A DNA stretch of 64,000 bases, from assembly GCA_964658305.1 (NCBI GenBank), contig OZ210885.1, positions 22,134,001 to 22,198,000 on the forward strand. The letters run 5' to 3'. Below are positions 60,469 to 64,000 of this stretch, piece by piece; positions within the stretch are counted from its first letter, which is position 1, and each line of letters begins with the position of its first letter. Position numbers and translations under genes: made by a program. Under the pieces are notes generated by a model. The model made no database searches. It was not told the DNA's origin and saw only the letters and a program-made list of their open reading frames with translations. Origin of the DNA: Leptogorgia sarmentosa. Taxonomy: Eukaryota.

Positions 60469-61561
60469 TTAGTCTTCCATGACTTCATCCACAAAACCAA
60501 CAAAATCTTCACCCTTTTCTTTTGATTGAAATTTTTTCCTTATAGCATCATAAGCACAGGCTGGAAGTGGAATTCGTATTTTACCAACACGACCATGCAC
60601 CAGATGTATAAACTCACGATACGCCACACTTCTCATGAACCTGTAGAATGAAATCTAACAGTTGCCTCTTTATTTCAAATTAAAGTTGAAATTACTTGGT
60701 TTTGAAATGCCTTTTGGGACAGCATGTTTTGGGGTAAAATATCCCTATATTTACAATTTCCCTGATTGTAACTTACATCTCTTCTGAACCAGTTTGCTGA
60801 TAACTTTTTTTATCTATGGTTCTATACTTTCCAGATGCCAAACGCAATGACCATCTGTCAAGGCAAACAGTATTAAAAGCTGGATGCAAAGTTATACACT
60901 TTGGAGCTTGCACGTTTTGAGGCACCCATTCATCTGGCAATGATTTCTCCATTTCTTGAGAACAAGAGCAGTCGTTTCCCATTTGAGTTAACGTGATAGA
61001 GCAATTCCCACATGAGCGACTAGAATATGATTTCGGAGCTGTTTCATAGTCCTGAAGCACCCATTCATCGGACAATGCCTCCACACATCTTTCCATATCT
61101 TGGCAACAACAGCATTCATTTGCGTTTTGGAGGAATCTGATCGAACAATTACCGCAAGAACACCTAAAACAATTTATAAAAGTAAATATTATTCATGTAT
61201 TTCAAATTGCGGTTTTGTGTTACTCGCGTTTCACAAATAAAGTTCATATATCTCACCAATTGCTAATGTTCCCCCTTCCAGCAAGCCTATCTTCCAAACT
61301 TGTCAGCCTTTGTTCTTTCTCCGCTTGTCGCTGCCTGTATTCTGCTATCCACTCTTCGTCCGCCATAGGTTCGCAGGAATATGGTTCAACATCACGAATT
61401 TCAACGCCGCTTGTGCTTTCGTGCTTATCGTCTGCGCTATTCTCACTATCGGAGGCTTCCATAATCTCGGATTCGATAACAGTATAATTGCCCGGAATAT
61501 AGTTAAATTCTGAGTCATCCGACACTGAGCAGTGATCAAAATCAGAAGACTTTGAAGACAT
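60469..61561 (-). CDS. KolX accessory protein (Cys-rich, similar to the P2X7 cytoplasmic C-terminal domain), 3 exons
   Basis: EPYSCEP, WCSCGNC..ECCCCQ, CITLHPAFNTVCL, and RSVAYREF..RIPLPACAYDAIRKKF; convergent with the transposase. Confidence 0.85.
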
Positions 61562-63859
61562 ATTTTGGCGGTCGTAAAATGCAGCAAACAACTCAAAAGC
61601 AACAGAAAAATGCGTGCAACTCTATTGTAAATAAGCTGTGTATAATATTAGCATGTCACGCGAACTTACTCCTCCTACGTCACAGGTACCAGGCCACGAC
61701 GCGCTCGGTCAAATAGTGTATACGTGCAATTTTGTGCGAAAAAAAGTCGAATAAAATGTTTTTTCCCCCAAAAAACATTCGATTCCTTGCTTATCGGTAT
61801 ATACACCATTCATTAATTAAATAAAAAAAATTGGGTGATAGGCACTTTAATTACCACAATATAGCAACATAAAGCCACCTTAACCAGGTGAGATTATTTG
61901 ATACTCAAATAAAACCTCAGGAATATCTAGATGAGGAATACACAATTGTTTTCATGGGTAGATCACAGATATAGCTTGTGTATTAGCAAAGAAACATTAA
62001 GATAACATGAGTGAGGTTCCCACAAGGCAAACAGTTTGCATAGCATATGCGAGCCAAATACACAAGTCCCTTAGCGCAGTTGGAGTAAAAACATGCACAC
62101 ATACATACACATATATATAAATTGTTAAACATGAGATACTTATTAGTACAACTTCAATTACCGGTATAATAAGTGATTTGCACTAAGGTTCATTTATAAA
62201 CATTTCAGTAAACAGTTCATGTGCTCTCTGTTTAAATGCAGGCAGTTGCCTCGAGCTTTATATCTGATAAAGCACTCTTGCTCATGTTTTAGATAGTACA
62301 TAAACCTGCTTTAATTTACAGAGACTTAGGGATACACATATAACATATAAACAACTTATACAGGAAGTACAGACAATCGTTGTAGCATAGATAACAGATA
62401 TAGCCATTTAGCCTAATTCCAAAGTTACACCAAGATTAAGCTACCAGCATATGAATTTGTTTGGATTAATAGAAAAAGTAAAAGTGAAATAGTACAACCC
62501 TTGCTTTAATTTAAAGGAAATCCATTTGGTCAGTGCGACGCTTGGTGGTGAGGTCAATAGTTGCAGGGAAAACCTATATAAGTGCTTATAAATCCTAAAC
62601 AATTTGTGGCATTATTAATATTATTATTATCGTTACAATTACTATTACTATATCATAATTATTCTTACAATTAAATCATAACTGTTATCATTTCTATTAA
62701 AAACATACAATTCATTAAAAATTATATAGTAGACTATTTATTAATTTAGCCTATTGTAAATTACCAGCATCAAGGTAGTGTATTAAGTATAAACCTAAAT
62801 GTAAATTGTGCTGTAAATATGTATAATGAATCCTAGAAGGTCCAGTGGAAGTTAGCATTTGCTAAACTGGCATATTGTTGTATAATTAACCTTCTTTAAC
62901 TAAAGATTTAATAATAAAAATAATAATAAAACAAATTGGCTTTGAGAGTATATTATTTCAGACAGGATGCCACTCACCAAAGCAAAGCAAGCGGCCATTC
63001 ATTGCATAAGTTTGTTTCATAAGGGCAATATAAAAAGAACTTTACCTGATCGTCTAGATATTTATTATCTCTTTTCTCTCCGCTTTACTTAAACAGGAGC
63101 TTGGATATTTTCACCTGAAATGTAAGGGATATTGTTATAAAATATATAGGCCTCGATCGCTTCGGTAAAATTCAGTAAACATTTTACACGCAAAACACTG
63201 AAATATAATCATAATCACCTCACTTTCGCTCTAATTCTGTAAAATGCCTGAATGAGATTATTATCCTCGTCTATACACGCCAAATAATAAAAAGGATGGT
63301 AAATTTCACAAGAGAATTCAATAGAAAAAATACGACAACCGAAAGCATAACAGCAACACTCATTTGCAAAATACGCGAACAAATCTGAACTTCCGATCTG
63401 GTATTGTTTAACCTGCGAGCGGGCACGAAGCAGCGGGTCAACCCTGCAGGTATAAAGCGCAGTGCAATGCACAGCTGAACCATAATAAATCCCCTTAAAC
63501 TTTGAATCAATGAGCCCTTGAATCTCAATGTTGATGAGACTATTGGACCTGACGACTTGGTATTAGTTTACAAATACGCTGCATCACAGAAATTGGCCCA
63601 TTGTGTTACCCTTTTTGCAACAGCTACATACCTGCACTGACTTTTTACAATATTGCAGGCAAGTTCACTCAGCTTAGTAAAAATCAAAAATATGAAACAC
63701 AAGTTGTTTTATTTTTTCAATATTGGCATTTTAGTGCAGAAATCATTGTTTTTCAAAGGTCACTCTTCAGTCAGATTATAACAATCCAGTATACAAATAA
63801 GATCAGAGCCTTTTAAAACCCCTAATTTCAGGACCTTAAATATAACGATTTTTTGGGTA

Positions 63860-64000
63860 GGGATAAAACACTGAAACTGAAACGCGGAAACGGAAACTGA
63901 AAGCGGAAACTGAAATAGGGATAAAACGCTGAAATGGGGATAAAACACTGAAATGGGGATAAAACGCTGGAATGGGGATAAAACGCTGGAATGGGGATAA
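63860..64000. repeat. ~19-20-bp tandem repeat (GGGGATAAAACGCTGGAAT), running off the window; probably subterminal TE repeats
   Basis: Directly visible units. Confidence 0.85.

Larger units (their letters stand above)
56032..61846 (+). mobile_element. Complete Kolobok DNA transposon (5815 bp), TTAA TSD
   Basis: TIR AGTGCCTATCACCCAATTTTTTTT, TTAA at 56028-56031 and 61847-61850, and two convergent genes. Confidence 0.95.
55436..62010. repeat. Diverged ~380-bp tandem duplication, second copy split by Kolobok
   Basis: GTCGAAATCTGGTAT at ~55558 and ~55936. CATAAAGCCACCTTAAC..CACAGATAT.GCTTGTGTATTAGCAA at 55766-55888 and 61868-61989. Confidence 0.8.

Noticed and set aside
60469..61591. P2X7 purinoceptor gene
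   Set aside because: There is no transmembrane or ectodomain sequence, and its position inside Kolobok TIRs identifies it as KolX.

Overview
This is AT-rich eukaryotic DNA with GT-AG introns. A cnidarian-like invertebrate is my inference from the transposon repertoire. I could not identify any intact single-copy host gene; the window is essentially a deep nest of transposable elements. Termini, target-site duplications (TSDs) and split reading frames give the insertion order. An EXO1/XPG-nuclease-like gene was hit by a MULE (34688-41483, 9-bp TSD) and by an IS3EU-like integrase+HECT element. That element was in turn hit by two hATs (8-bp and 5-bp TSDs) and by a PHD-OTU-MULE. The PHD-OTU-MULE holds two BEL/Pao LTR elements, a Tc1, and a CACTA-type element containing a DUF6589-like gene. 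One BEL/Pao holds an ~11 kb KDZ-type transposon with a second gene encoding a P-loop helicase-like ATPase plus a PHD-like finger. To the right lie a third MULE split by a full-length CR1/L2-group LINE, a tyrosine-recombinase gene remnant, and a complete Kolobok (TTAA TSD). The best novelty candidates are the KDZ+helicase/PHD element, the DUF6589 and EXO1-like units with similar putative ends, and the ubiquitin-system cargo (OTU, HECT). Family assignments come from motif recognition by eye; no searches were run.
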